Below are positions 40,680 to 51,800 of a stretch of DNA of 64,000 nucleotides, in pieces (position 1 is the first letter of the stretch; every line of letters begins with the position of its first letter). Origin of the DNA: Yuukianura sp. NJ FZ-2021. Lineage: Eukaryota. The translations under genes and the position numbers were made by a program. The DNA lies in NCBI GenBank assembly GCA_046563655.1, contig CM102288.1, forward strand, positions 1,054,001 to 1,118,000, in the 5' to 3' direction. The notes below the pieces were generated by a model, which made no database searches, had not been told where the DNA came from, and saw only the letters and a program-made list of their open reading frames with translations.

Positions 40680-41100
40680 ACAGATTTTCTGTTTTTAAAA
40701 ACAACGCTATTCTGGATAACTGATGCACGATAATCGACACTAATTCGGTGTGAAATAAAACGATGTCCTCGTCATCACTCGCAGGCGAGAGCGTATTCTT
40801 CCCGTGATAAGTTATCACTGATAACTGCTAACTTATTATTGCATAATTGACGTAAGAAATAATAAAATGATCAACATAAGCTGTTAGCTGGATGTTCCGT
40901 CACTGGAAAACATCAAGTCCATACCTTGCAGTTTCTAAAATAATATGTATAATTTACAAATATACATTAAATTAATTAAGATTATTCCGATTTTAATTCA
41001 ACTCATACAAAAGAGATAAGGAGGATGAAAGTGGTTCTTCAAAACGTGTGAAACTGTCACTTTGGTCTTAAACACTTTTGGGATGTGTGTCACCAACAAA

Positions 41101-41120
41101 GCCTCCGTGGCGCAATTGGC

Positions 41121-41157
<37 letters not shown>

Positions 41158-41174
41158 GAGCCCACCTGGGGGCG
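41101..41174 (+). tRNA. tRNA-Asn (anticodon GTT)
   Basis: Canonical cloverleaf GCCTCCG...TTCGG-CTGTTAA-CCGAA...GGTGG-TTCGAGC-CCACC-TGGGGGCG followed by a T-run terminator. Confidence 0.97.
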
Positions 41175-41564
41175 TAATTTTTTTGAACAAAGTGTCCGAA
41201 TAAAGGACACAACATCATGCAACGATTTTTTTAATTTTTAGAGATTTTCAACGTTAAGTGGTTAAGTACCCCTAGGTTGAATTCAAAAATTACCAATACC
41301 TAATACCATAATTTTGCAAGTGGGATCAGCCGATGACGCCTCATGATGACTTTTTAAATTTCTGAGTAAATAGTGATACTTTTTGCAAATTTTAATTATC
41401 AGCGCACAGAGGTCAAAGGTCAGTTTTGTCAAAGAGGGCTCTGAACGCTGCCTCTGTTGTAAAATATTCGTATTAGAGTATAAGATGGCTAGAAAAAAAC
41501 TAGTAATTGAATTGAGCGAAAACCGTAGTCGAGGTCAATCCAAATTCATCCGAGAATCGTTAGT

Positions 41565-42090
41565 TTACATGATGTGTTTGACAAACTTGGAGACTGTGTC
41601 TTCATCTTGAACTCCTGTAAATTGTTCGACGATCTTTCCATTTTTGAAACTGACTACAGTTGGCACAACTTCAACGCCATATTCCATTGCAATTTCGGAC
41701 AGATTGTCAATGTCAACTTTTCCCAAATCAACAGCTCCATTCGTAGCAGCCACAGCAGCCTCCAGTCTTGGCATCAGTATTTTGCAAGGTCCGCACCACC
41801 TGAAACAGTCAATCGCTTCATGAGAACCTTGACCTTTGACCCTAATTTATAACGACTGGAGACTCACGTTGCGTGGAAGTCCACAATCACCGGCCTCTTC
41901 GAATCTATGACCTAACGAAAACAAAAACTAAACCGATTAATTCACCAGAAAGCCAAGCTTCGGCGGAGAAATTTACCTTGGATTTGAAGTCAGGTTCATC
42001 TTGAACGTTGAAAACGTCTGCAAGGGATTTGGTGCTGGAAAAAGCCCGCCGCTGGAGACGCACAATCGATCGTAAGCCTATAGAATTCAT
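41565..42090 (-). CDS. TXN2: Mitochondrial thioredoxin (thioredoxin-2), 3 coding exons
   Basis: Arg-rich presequence MNSIGLRSIVRLQRRAFSS, then VIVDFHAT|WCGPCKILMPRLE and KVDID...YGVEVVPTVVSFKNG. Confidence 0.92.
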
Positions 42091-42761
42091 TGTCCTTTTG
42101 GAATATCCTCTTTGATCGGAAGTCTATAAGCCTGAAAAATTAATTAACAAGCTCAATTAACGATTAGATAATTCTCACTCAGGTGTCACGTGCCGGTCAC
42201 GTTGTTTCGCAATTTTCAGAATTGGATGTGTCCTCTCTCATCGCAGCTTTTTCTGGGTAAGAAATACTTACACGTTGTGCGAAATTGTGTTTGATGTTTT
42301 GTTTGTCGTTTTTGTTGGCAAATTAGTTAATCTGATCTTAATTTATGGAGTAGACGCTGAGTAACGGTACTTTAAAAACAGTAGACAAACATTGAACAGA
42401 TGATTGATAATCCCGGGTTAAGTGCGACAGAGCTTGTCGGCTTTAAGGCGCCACAACATACCCTCTCGTTTGGATTCAATGCTTTGCATTTGCAAGAGCC
42501 AAATACCAAACGGCAACAGTAAACAGAAAGCGCGCGCAAGCAAGTTACCCGTCAGCAGTTTTCGGAAAATTAGCTACTTAATTGGAAAGTTGAATTAATT
42601 CGTCGTTACTATTTATCAACCGGTGACCGTAAGATATTGTTTTGGGTAAGTCACGCTTCATGCATAAGTACTAAATGTAGGTACTTTTTGCCATTTCTTA
42701 AAATTTCGATCTGTTGACTTCTCAGGAAAGGCGAACTGACCAATTCGCAGTTAACATTGAG

Positions 42762-44947
42762 ATGCCGAGGGAAGAACTTAGTCGTCGTTGTAAGCGGAGC
42801 AGGCCAATGATGGAGTCTGATAATATTGACACTCGGACGAGGCGAGCTACAGACTGCTCCAGTAGTATTCCTGTTATCGAAATTGGTGACGAGGACGATC
42901 CTATTTGCGAGGACATCAATTCAAACATGACATTCCAGCCACGTCGCCGTTCAAAGACGGAGCCCGTGAAACCGGAAACAAAACCAAAACTTGCTCCAAT
43001 ATTTCTGCCAAGAGTCCGGCAAAAAGAACGAGAGGAAGCGTTTGTGCCACCGAAGCCAAAGGCCCCAAAAATCAGCGAAGCCACAAGACAGTTTCTTTAC
43101 TCAGGAGTACCAGAAGCCATTGCCAAAAACCAGCAAATGATTAAGAAGAAGAAAATCGAAAGCGATTTGATGGATACGCATGAAATATTCCCGGTTTTAA
43201 CCCATGTCAACGCTGACACTTCGCGGCCTCCGAATCCCACTCAATCAAAACATCACTTCGGAATTATTTCTGGACAAGATGAAAACCCGGTAGAACACAA
43301 ACCAAGATTAGCAACTAATCTTGAACGAATCGAACCAGAAAATTCTTACTCTGGAGAGATTTGTTGCGGTATCAACAAGCACCAACGCTCCAAGAAGTTA
43401 CTGGATATCATGAAACGGGCATCAAGTCGAGAGTATGTCGAACCTGTTCCTTGGGTTATACAATACCAGGCGACTCGTCGTGAATATCTTGTCATGAAAC
43501 CAGAAGCACATAATGCCTTCAAAGACTGGTTGAAGCAGTGGACTCGGGACATTCGAGAAGACGGAGGTGCCAGTCGTAAGATCATGAAAAAGAGAAGGAA
43601 GGGCTCAGAAGACGACTTTATTGACGACGATGACGACGAAGATGGTTCACAGAAGCACAAGAGTGTTCTTTTGATTGGACCCACCGGTTCAGCCAAATCA
43701 ACTATGGTGAACGTTTTAGCAAAACGTTGTGGATTCAAGGTCAGTCATTGGTCAAAATTATTTGTCGAAAGATGATCTCATTGAATCTGATCTAACATTT
43801 TTCTGTGTAGGTGCTCGAAGTCAATTTCTCTAGTCGGCGTTCTGGTCAAGAAGTTCTTCGTCGAGTTGAAGAAGCAACACTGTCCCGTCGTATTGCCACA
43901 GCGTCCACCGTGGATAACAAACACTGTTTACTTCTGTTTCGGGACATTGATCAGTTATACTTGGAAGAAGACGAAGGATTTCATTCAGCCGTGGCCCAAC
44001 TTATCACGACCTCTCTTCGTCCAATTGTCATGACCGTGACATCAGATCCACATCGTCCTTATCCCACAATCGACTCCAAAATAGAAAGAAAAGAGCCTCT
44101 TTTGATTCATGTTGGAACTCCACCAGTTGACCTCATCATTTCCAACGTGCTGCTGCCAATTATCAAAAGAGAAATATACTATTTAGACGACTCTTCAGAC
44201 TATGACCTTGACCAACAACCAGAAGATCTCAACTACTTCAAAACAATACTGCAATCAATTGTTCGTCACTGCAAGTGTGATATCAAACGCAGTATTAATC
44301 AGGCACAACTTCTTTGGTCCACTTCACAATTCACTTTGGATGCCGTCCATACCACATTGTGTCCAACATTTGATCCAGATTTTACAACTGGATTAGATTC
44401 TGCAATATCAGAGTTTTCATCAAAATTAACAACACAACAAGAAATGGATGAAATTGCAAACAAGTTTAAGTTTGTAACAGATCTGGATAGACTCAGTTCA
44501 TCTTCAGTTTCTGATCCAGAATACGATGGTTTACCACATTCGCTCAACAGTTACTTCAATTCCAACTTTTGCTCAGTTTTCAGTACACATCCAAACGACT
44601 CATCAATTCAGACTCGTCAATTACTGTTGTTTCGAAATCTTACTCTACAAACGGATTCAGAAACTGCCCAGCAGGAAAAAGACTATAAGCTGTACGACGA
44701 CATCGTGACTAACCACATAGACCAAGATGGCAGTCGAGATTACTATGATGAAGTGGCATACTTTAGAACAATGTTGAAAAACACGGTCATCAATTCCATT
44801 GGACACAAGAGAAGACACGGAAGGCTCAAATGTCATTTTTCAAACTTGGGACGAGATGTCATCGACTCTTTTTGTGCCAATTTTGATTTTCCCCGGAGAG
44901 TCCAAGATGCTCATCAAACATCTGAAATTGTACTGGACGATTTATGA
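42762..44947 (+). CDS. ATAD5: ATAD5/Elg1-like RFC1 paralog (PCNA unloader), compact; intron 43740-43810
   Basis: PWVIQYQA...LKQW, P-loop GPTGSAKST, GFKVLEVNFSSRRSG, LLLFRDID...DEGFHSAV...TTSLRPIVMT, CDIKRSINQAQ. Confidence 0.75.
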
Positions 44948-45480
44948 AAACTTTTTAAAATTGTAAAGGTTCCTGTACTAACTGTGTAAAAGGTAAATTG
45001 AAACCAGCAGGATTTAAATTTTGGGGTTTTGGGTTTTAAGTTTAACGCCACTTTAAGATTGAGTGCAATTTGCACTGGGCAAACGCAGTTACTGTAAATC
45101 CAGGTTTTTGGCAACTAAAAAATCTACAGAAATAAATTTGTTGGGGCTAAACTTTAAAATTTTCCAATTTTTTAAAAATTGATATTGATTTTGAAAATGA
45201 ATTTGATTTGAAAAATGGAAATTGGAAATCGTTTAGGAAGTGTCATCAATCATTGCTGCTCGGCCAGAAACGTGTCAAGGTAAGACGCTTCCTGAATTGG
45301 AAATTTTTATATTCTTCGGAATTAGAAAACGCTAAGCTTGTCATTTTTTAAAAGTGTGGCCATATTGAATTTTTGTTTTTTCTTTCAGAAAGACACCGAC
45401 TTGACAAGTCCAAGTTTATTCAATAGAAGTAGAGCGTGACATCCGAAAGGAGAAAGGATAAGCCTTCCAGAAGTTCCAGA

Positions 45481-45571
45481 AGTAGATAGCTGGGTAGGAC
45501 AACGGGCTCATTTATTTTTAGAACAGCCACGGGGGTTAGTCGGCCGCAATATTGGGGAGGGAAAAAACTCA
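45481..45571 (+). repeat. Left terminal inverted repeat (91 bp)
   Basis: AGTAGATAGCTGGGTAGGAC...GGGAGGGAAAAAACTCA is the exact reverse complement of 62117-62207. Confidence 0.97.
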
Positions 45572-45691
45572 AAAGTCCTTGTTTGAACTTGAGAATTCCT
45601 AGAATTTTCCAACACCCGAGGCCTAACAAATTCCAAGAACTTTTAAACGAAAGTTCTTGTTTGAACTTGTCAATTCCTTGAATTCTCCAAC
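45572..45691. repeat. Left subterminal imperfect direct repeat (two copies of about 42 bp, 78 bp apart)
   Basis: AAAGTCCTTGTTTGAACTTGAGAATTCCTAGAATTTTCCAAC and AAAGTTCTTGTTTGAACTTGTCAATTCCTTGAATTCTCCAAC. Confidence 0.8.
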
Positions 45692-45838
45692 GCGCGGAGC
45701 AAAAAACAAATACTTTTTAATTTTTTGTCTATTACAAAGTTTAAGAGTTGCTCATTTTCAGCTTCTCTCTTGCCGCGTCAACAACTGAAAAAAACTTTTT
45801 AAAAACAGTAATTGCAAAGTAAATTTGTTATTGTCGAA

Positions 45839-46612
45839 ATGGCATATAAATTCGATTTCGAGCAGCTCCCATACCTGTGCCAATTAGAAATATATTCAAA
45901 TTTGGACAGGTGTAGCGCTTTGCGACTGGCTAAAGTATTTCCAGATTCCTTAGCCATACTCAAGCCAATGCTTGACAAGATGACTGCCAAAGTTGCAGAG
46001 TACACCCCATTTATGATAAGTGTTGGTGAGACACATATCGTCCATCTTGATTTCAACAAGAAACAAATGTTTAGAGTTGTGCTGGCAGCTCTAAAAAGTT
46101 TTCCGATTGGACGCGTCCTTACGGCGAAAAACTTTGTGACAGCGATTGCACCACACAGGACGTCAGTCGAAATCTCGCTATTCAAAAATTGTTCCGTCGA
46201 AGAGTTACTACCCCTCACCGAAAAATTCGACTTTGAGCGCGGGATTTTTCGGGACGACACTGTAATCAACATCACGCCTCATCGCTACAGCTGCAGATAC
46301 GAGACGTACGGCTGCAGATACGAAACGTATCAAGCCCTTGGAAGTATTGAAGACGCAAGACATCGTGGAGAGAGAAATCAGGAACTCCGGCGGCTACTTC
46401 TGGAGTCATCCATTGAATTTGACAAAGAGTTGGAAGAATGTCAGCGAAAATACCAATTAAAAATGCGTGAAGAAAAATTGCAACGTTTGCGCAAAGAAAA
46501 GTTCCAACGATGGATTCGTCGTCGGAAGGAATTGAAACAATCTTCTGCTTTTTTTAAGCTAAACATATATCGCCGTCGCTTAGCTCTTCAGCGTTTGAGC
46601 AAACGTAACTAA
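45839..46612 (+). CDS. Polinton accessory protein (257 aa) with N-terminal F-box-like motif and basic coiled-coil tail
   Basis: FEQLPYLCQLEIYSNLDRCSALRLAKVF fits the F-box LP-x-E/L-x3-I-x3-L pattern. AATAAA overlaps the stop codon. Confidence 0.6.
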   Translation: MAYKFDFEQLPYLCQLEIYSNLDRCSALRLAKVFPDSLAILKPMLDKMTAKVAEYTPFMISVGETHIVHLDFNKKQMFRVVLAALKSFPIGRVLTAKNFVTAIAPHRTSVEISLFKNCSVEELLPLTEKFDFERGIFRDDTVINITPHRYSCRYETYGCRYETYQALGSIEDARHRGERNQELRRLLLESSIEFDKELEECQRKYQLKMREEKLQRLRKEKFQRWIRRRKELKQSSAFFKLNIYRRRLALQRLSKRN

Positions 46613-46893
46613 ATAAAACGACAATAAATTCTTGAAATAATTAAATTATTTATAATGTTGTAATAAATGTTAAAAGTAAAAAATTTAGAAAAGTTTTAAA
46701 TATAAAGTAAATTGTATTCTTTATAATAAATTAAGAAGTTATAAAGTTAAAAAGTTTAATAAAATAGTAAAAATTTAAAAATATAAAGTAAATTGTATTA
46801 TTTAAAAAACAAAATTTATAAGTTATAAAGTTAAAAAAAGTTGAATAAAAAAAAGCAAAACAAAACAAAATAATTTTAAGACTGATTAACGTT

Positions 46894-47963
46894 TTACTTG
46901 TCACCCTTACAAATGCGGGCGTTCCTAGCATACTTGATAATAAGGTTGTATGTCCGCCGCATTCCAGCAAGGTCGATGTTGTTGTGAACATCAGCATTTC
47001 CATGTTCAACAACCATTCGGGCAGCATGACAAGCAATTCTGCCGCAGTTGTTGGCCGGTCCCAATGATGAGTAGAATATGTTGCGATTAAAGTTGGCGTA
47101 GTCCCATCGAATGGAATAAGGCATGTTGAATTTGTGGCGGAGAACTCTGTCCAGTTGAATTCTCACATTGAAGAGCCTTGCTGGTGCAAATGAGTCATAA
47201 AAGTAGCCACACCTAAAAAATAAAATAACAGTATTAAGCACATGCTAACCCACAATAAAGTAACATAATAAATGAAAACTTACCAATTTTTAACATCAAT
47301 AACCACCAGTAAGATATGGCCTGGAATTTTGACGCTAACCAGCAGGATCTCAGTGTCCGATGGCATGGCCAAAAAGGGCACATCAATAATGCCCAACACG
47401 TCCATTGTCGGGCTCATAAACGATGTCGCTCTGAGGTCGTAGTAAGGACAACCCAAAGCCGGCTGGATATCTTCCGAAACGTTCCACTTCACACAACGCC
47501 ATGCTTGCTCCGTCGGGATGTAGTGAATTTTTTTCCCTGAAGCTCTGACATCTTCCATGAGTTTCTACACAAAAACAGAACAAATTTATGATTAGTACTT
47601 AAAATTTAAAAAATATAAAAAAGTATAATTGTAAAATAAAACTAAACTTACCGTCATGAACGCGATAAAAACAGTAGGGAAGGTTCCACTTGCAGGGTTT
47701 TTCCGAAGCTCGTCCACGTGAGATTTCGCCACCTTAACGACGCCGTGATCGTAGTACTTCTCTTTGCACTTGAGCGGGAATTCCCTTGCCCAGTACAAAT
47801 CTGCAGCGGGGATTTCCGTTTTAATCTGTGCAGTGTCCGGAAGTGGTTTGTAGTTGGCTGAATCCGTCCAGTCTGCACGATGTTCCGGAAGGATATTCTT
47901 GAGCATGAAGTACGAATGTACTTCCTGGAGTCCGCGCTGTGTACGAACAATTCCGTTGACCAT
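46894..47963 (-). CDS. Spliced Polinton accessory gene: Ulp1/SENP-like (clan CE, C48-like) cysteine protease
   Basis: Exons ending at 47652, 47564-47284 and 47212-46894 join in frame through GTAAGT/AG introns. The product contains GHILLVVIDVKNWCGYFYDS and NNCGRIAC (His-Asp-Cys order). The start is uncertain: Met at 47963, or an upstream exon via the acceptor at 47998. Confidence 0.65.
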
Positions 47964-48519
47964 ATTGATGAGCTCGTCGCGAGCAGTGGTCGTGTTTCTG
48001 AAATTTTGAAATAAAGTTAACAAATTGGCGTGTTTAAACTGTTTTTAAAATTTAAAATAACTGTTTTTAAAATTTAAATTAACTGTTTTGTTTAAAAAAA
48101 TTTTCAGTTTTTTTCCATTTTGTCACTAATCAGTGCTTAAAGTACTGATTTCAACACACATTTGCCTGGCGAATCCGCTGGTGCAATTTGTTTTCACATA
48201 AACTTAATGTCTTAAAAGTTACAGCCACTTAAAGTCAGGCTTAATTTTAACCCTAATTTGAAGGTTTTTAGCATGTGGCTTATGCTTTTCAAAATTTAAA
48301 GAGTCATAAAGGTTACTCCCCAACACAGAATTTGATGGGGAATCGAGCGCTGGTTTTAGTTTTCATTTAACGCTTCACTGAAAAAAGTTACAACAGAAAA
48401 ACCGATTTTTCAGTGACTTTTCAAAATGGATGTTGGAAACATAAATAAATTATAAGAACAACCGACCTATAAAACGGCTTCTTAACATTTCATTGACACT
48501 TTTTTAACTATTATTAACA

Positions 48520-48782
48520 ATGATTTCATTTTTTAGTGATTTTTCAGTGATTTTTCAGTGCTTTTTCAGAGGAAATTTTTAATAAAATTCGATTTCACAT
48601 TTTGGAGCTTGTTTATTCTGATTATTTGATTATTTATTAACTAACATTAACTATGATCCCATTTTTTAGTGATTTTTCAGTGATTTTGCAGAGGAAATTT
48701 TTAATAAAATTCGATTTCACATTTTGGAGCTTGTTTATTCCGATTATTTGATTATTTATAGCTAAATAACTAACATTAACTA
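48520..48782. repeat. Tandem duplication (units of about 130 bp) upstream of pPolB
   Basis: TTTTTTAGTGATTTTTCAGTG...GAGGAAATTTTTAATAAAATTCGATTTCACATTTTGGAGCTTGTTTATTC...CTAACATTAACTA occurs twice. Confidence 0.85.
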
Positions 48783-48841
48783 AATAACATTAATTTTGAA
48801 ATTCACAAATTCATTTTACATAAATTCACAGCTTTCAAAAC

Positions 48842-51800
48842 ATGGCGAAAAGATCTGCATCTCCCGCTCCGGGTCCATCATCTAAGCGCGGGTGCCATAC
48901 ATGCGAAATCTGCAACGAGAAGTTCCCATGCGCAAATCAGCTGCTCATCCACATCCACATTCAGCATGAGGAGGAGGACGAGACTGTGAGCGAAGCAACA
49001 AAACAACTTCCACAGATGCCCACAGATGGCCCTGGCGTTCTTTCCATGTACCGTGAAATGAAATGCCCACCATGCAATCTGACATTTCCGTGTCGCGATG
49101 AAATGCAAAAACATTTTTACGAAGTTCATCCGGATTTTTTCTCTGATCTGGCGCAAGATGGAGGTCAACTTTCAACAACTTTGGAGCCAATTACCGTAGA
49201 ACCACTTTTCACATCGCTAAACACAGTGACACAATACAGGGCGGTATTTGAAGACTTTAAATGTGAAAATGGTGTCGATGAACGCGATTTTCTAAAGTGT
49301 GTCTATGATTCATCTGCAACATGGATCAAGCAAGACAGAAAAAAATGGAAGAACGTTAAAGTATTCTTCTCGATGGTATGTAATTTCAAAAAGTCTTATA
49401 TTAACGGTACAGTCGAGACAAACCGCGGCTGTTTCACGTCTTTTCGTCACCTTGTTTACACTGATGAAAGTATTCCAAAGGTGTGGAATATTATGGGTCA
49501 TCAGATGTCAAGCCAAATTGAAAATTTTACGAATGAGGGAAGTGGGTGGGACTTGGCCTATATTTCCGAGTTTAAATTCGTCACCGCCAAATACCAATTT
49601 ACTAAAATTGGAACTTTTATTGAAACACCATTTCCGCTTTCCGAACACAACAAAACATTGTTAAACATTGACAATAGTGAAGTGACACCGTCAAACTCTC
49701 ACAATCAGTGCTTCCTTTGGGCTGTTCTCGCTCATGACAGACTTGTCGGAGCAACTCTTGGAAGAAATCGTTCCAGAGTGGACAAAAAGGTCAAAACTTA
49801 CGCCCCCCATGTATCAAAGGTAAACACTCAAGGTTTGCAGTGGCCATTGACACTACAGCAGCTGCCACGTTTCGAGCAACTCAATCCAAACATCTCACTA
49901 ACAGTTCTCGGATATGACATGGATGCTCCAGCCCCCCCACCGCGAAAAAACGAGACTACTCGTCAAAGGTCAAAGGCCGCCCAAAAGGAAGACCTCGACT
50001 TGTTCAAATGTATGCAGGAGAATATTTCAATCCTCTACAACTCGAAAGAATCCAAACAAATTCACGTGGACTTGATGTGTCTGATGCGTGGCAACAACGC
50101 TCACTTTCTTCTAATTCGAAATCTTGAAGCACTAATGAAGCCTCCGAATGTTCACACTACATTGCACATTTGTCGCAATTGCCTTTCGAACTTTAGACTT
50201 CCAAGAACACTAAAAGAACATACTCCCTACTGTGCTGCGCTTGGACTCCAGAAAGTCAAATACCCGGAGGGGGATAAGTGCAACTTGAAATTTGACAAAT
50301 GGGCTCGCACTCAGCCAATTCCATTCCGCTTTTACGCAGACTTTGAAGCGTTCCTCAACAAGTTTGACTCTACATGCGAACACGAAGTCTGCCGCCAACG
50401 GCACAAAGCACAAATGACGGAATCAAAAGAAAAAGAAGTCAAGGAAAACACCCGTCGTGTTAATATCCACAAGCCGTGTGGATGGTCATGGGTCTGCGTT
50501 GACTTTAACGGTAACCGTCGCTATGGAGAGTGCTATCACATGACAGACGATAATGAAGACGTAGCTGCTCGCTTTGTTGAGAGCATTCTCAGATACTCCA
50601 AGATTCTTCAAAAAGAAGTTGACGAATATGAGAAGATTGCTCCGAGAATGCTGGATCAAAACATGACCCGAGAACAGCGTGAAGCTTCAGAACGTGAAAC
50701 AAAATGCTGTTTTTGTGAAAAAGCATTTTGTTTCGGCGAAACAAGAGTGCGACACCATACACACCTTCCACCTTTCAATTACATCGGTATGGCACATCAA
50801 TTCTGCAATCTTGAAGCCCAGATCAAAAAGGAATTTCCAGTATTCCTGCACAACTTATCCTCCTACGACGTGCACTTCCTGGTACAATCAATGGGGAAGC
50901 TCACAGAAGACAAAATCATCAAAAATGTTGAAGTCATTCCAAAAAGCAGTGAGAAATTCTTGTGCATGACCGTTACTCCAGAGTATTCCGGAGAAGCAGA
51001 AGAAGAAGAAGAAGACGACGAAGACATTGTCGGGAATGTTAGAAGACGTGAAAAGTACAAACTACGATTTACCGACAGTCTCGGCTTCACACTCAAATCC
51101 CTAGACGGCCTGGTTAAGGTAATGCGTCAAGACCCAAATGCCACCTTTCCAGTCACCCGACAAGAATTCCAACAGGAAGTCGACAGTGGCGCCAACATCG
51201 ATCTTCTCTTCCAGAAAGGCGCTTATCCATACTCACTTATGAAATCCTGTGAAGACTTTGAAATGACAAGTTTACCTCCAAAAGAAGCGTTCTTCAATGA
51301 CATGACCGAGGCGCCAATTCAAGATACAGTTTACGAGCATGCCCAGAAGGTTTGGGAAAGCTTTAAAATCAAAAACATGGGAGAGTGGCATGACCTTTAC
51401 GTGCGTCTGGACGTTTCACTTCTGGCTGACGTGATGGAGGGTGTTCGAAAACTTATGATGGACAGCTACGGTTTGGAACTGGGCCACTACTATTCTCTTC
51501 CAATGATGGCCATTGATTGTGCTCTAAAAAAGTCTGGAGTTGTTCTGGAGTTAATCAGCGACCCTACGATGCATTGTTTCTTAGAGCATGCGATCAGAGG
51601 TAAGAAATTATAAAGAAATTATATTGAAAATAATTGAAATTGTTGAAAATTAACCACTTCTTTTTAATTTAGGCGGCTTCGTGTGTGTGGGATCTCGACG
51701 TTCTGCAACTGCAAACCATCCTTACATGGGCGACGAGTATAATCCGGAGGAACCCATCTATTATATCATTTACATTGACGCGAATAATTTATACGTTAGT

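Noticed and set aside
45250..45480. Host coding exon disrupted by the Polinton insertion
   Set aside because: Splice-like sites exist at about 45280 and 45388, but all three frames after the acceptor hit stops before the insertion point.
48120..48420. Possible nested MITE in the Polinton intergenic region (repeated GAATC...TTTTC...AAAAGTTACA motif)
   Set aside because: Only two short degenerate direct motifs are present, with no definable termini or TSD.
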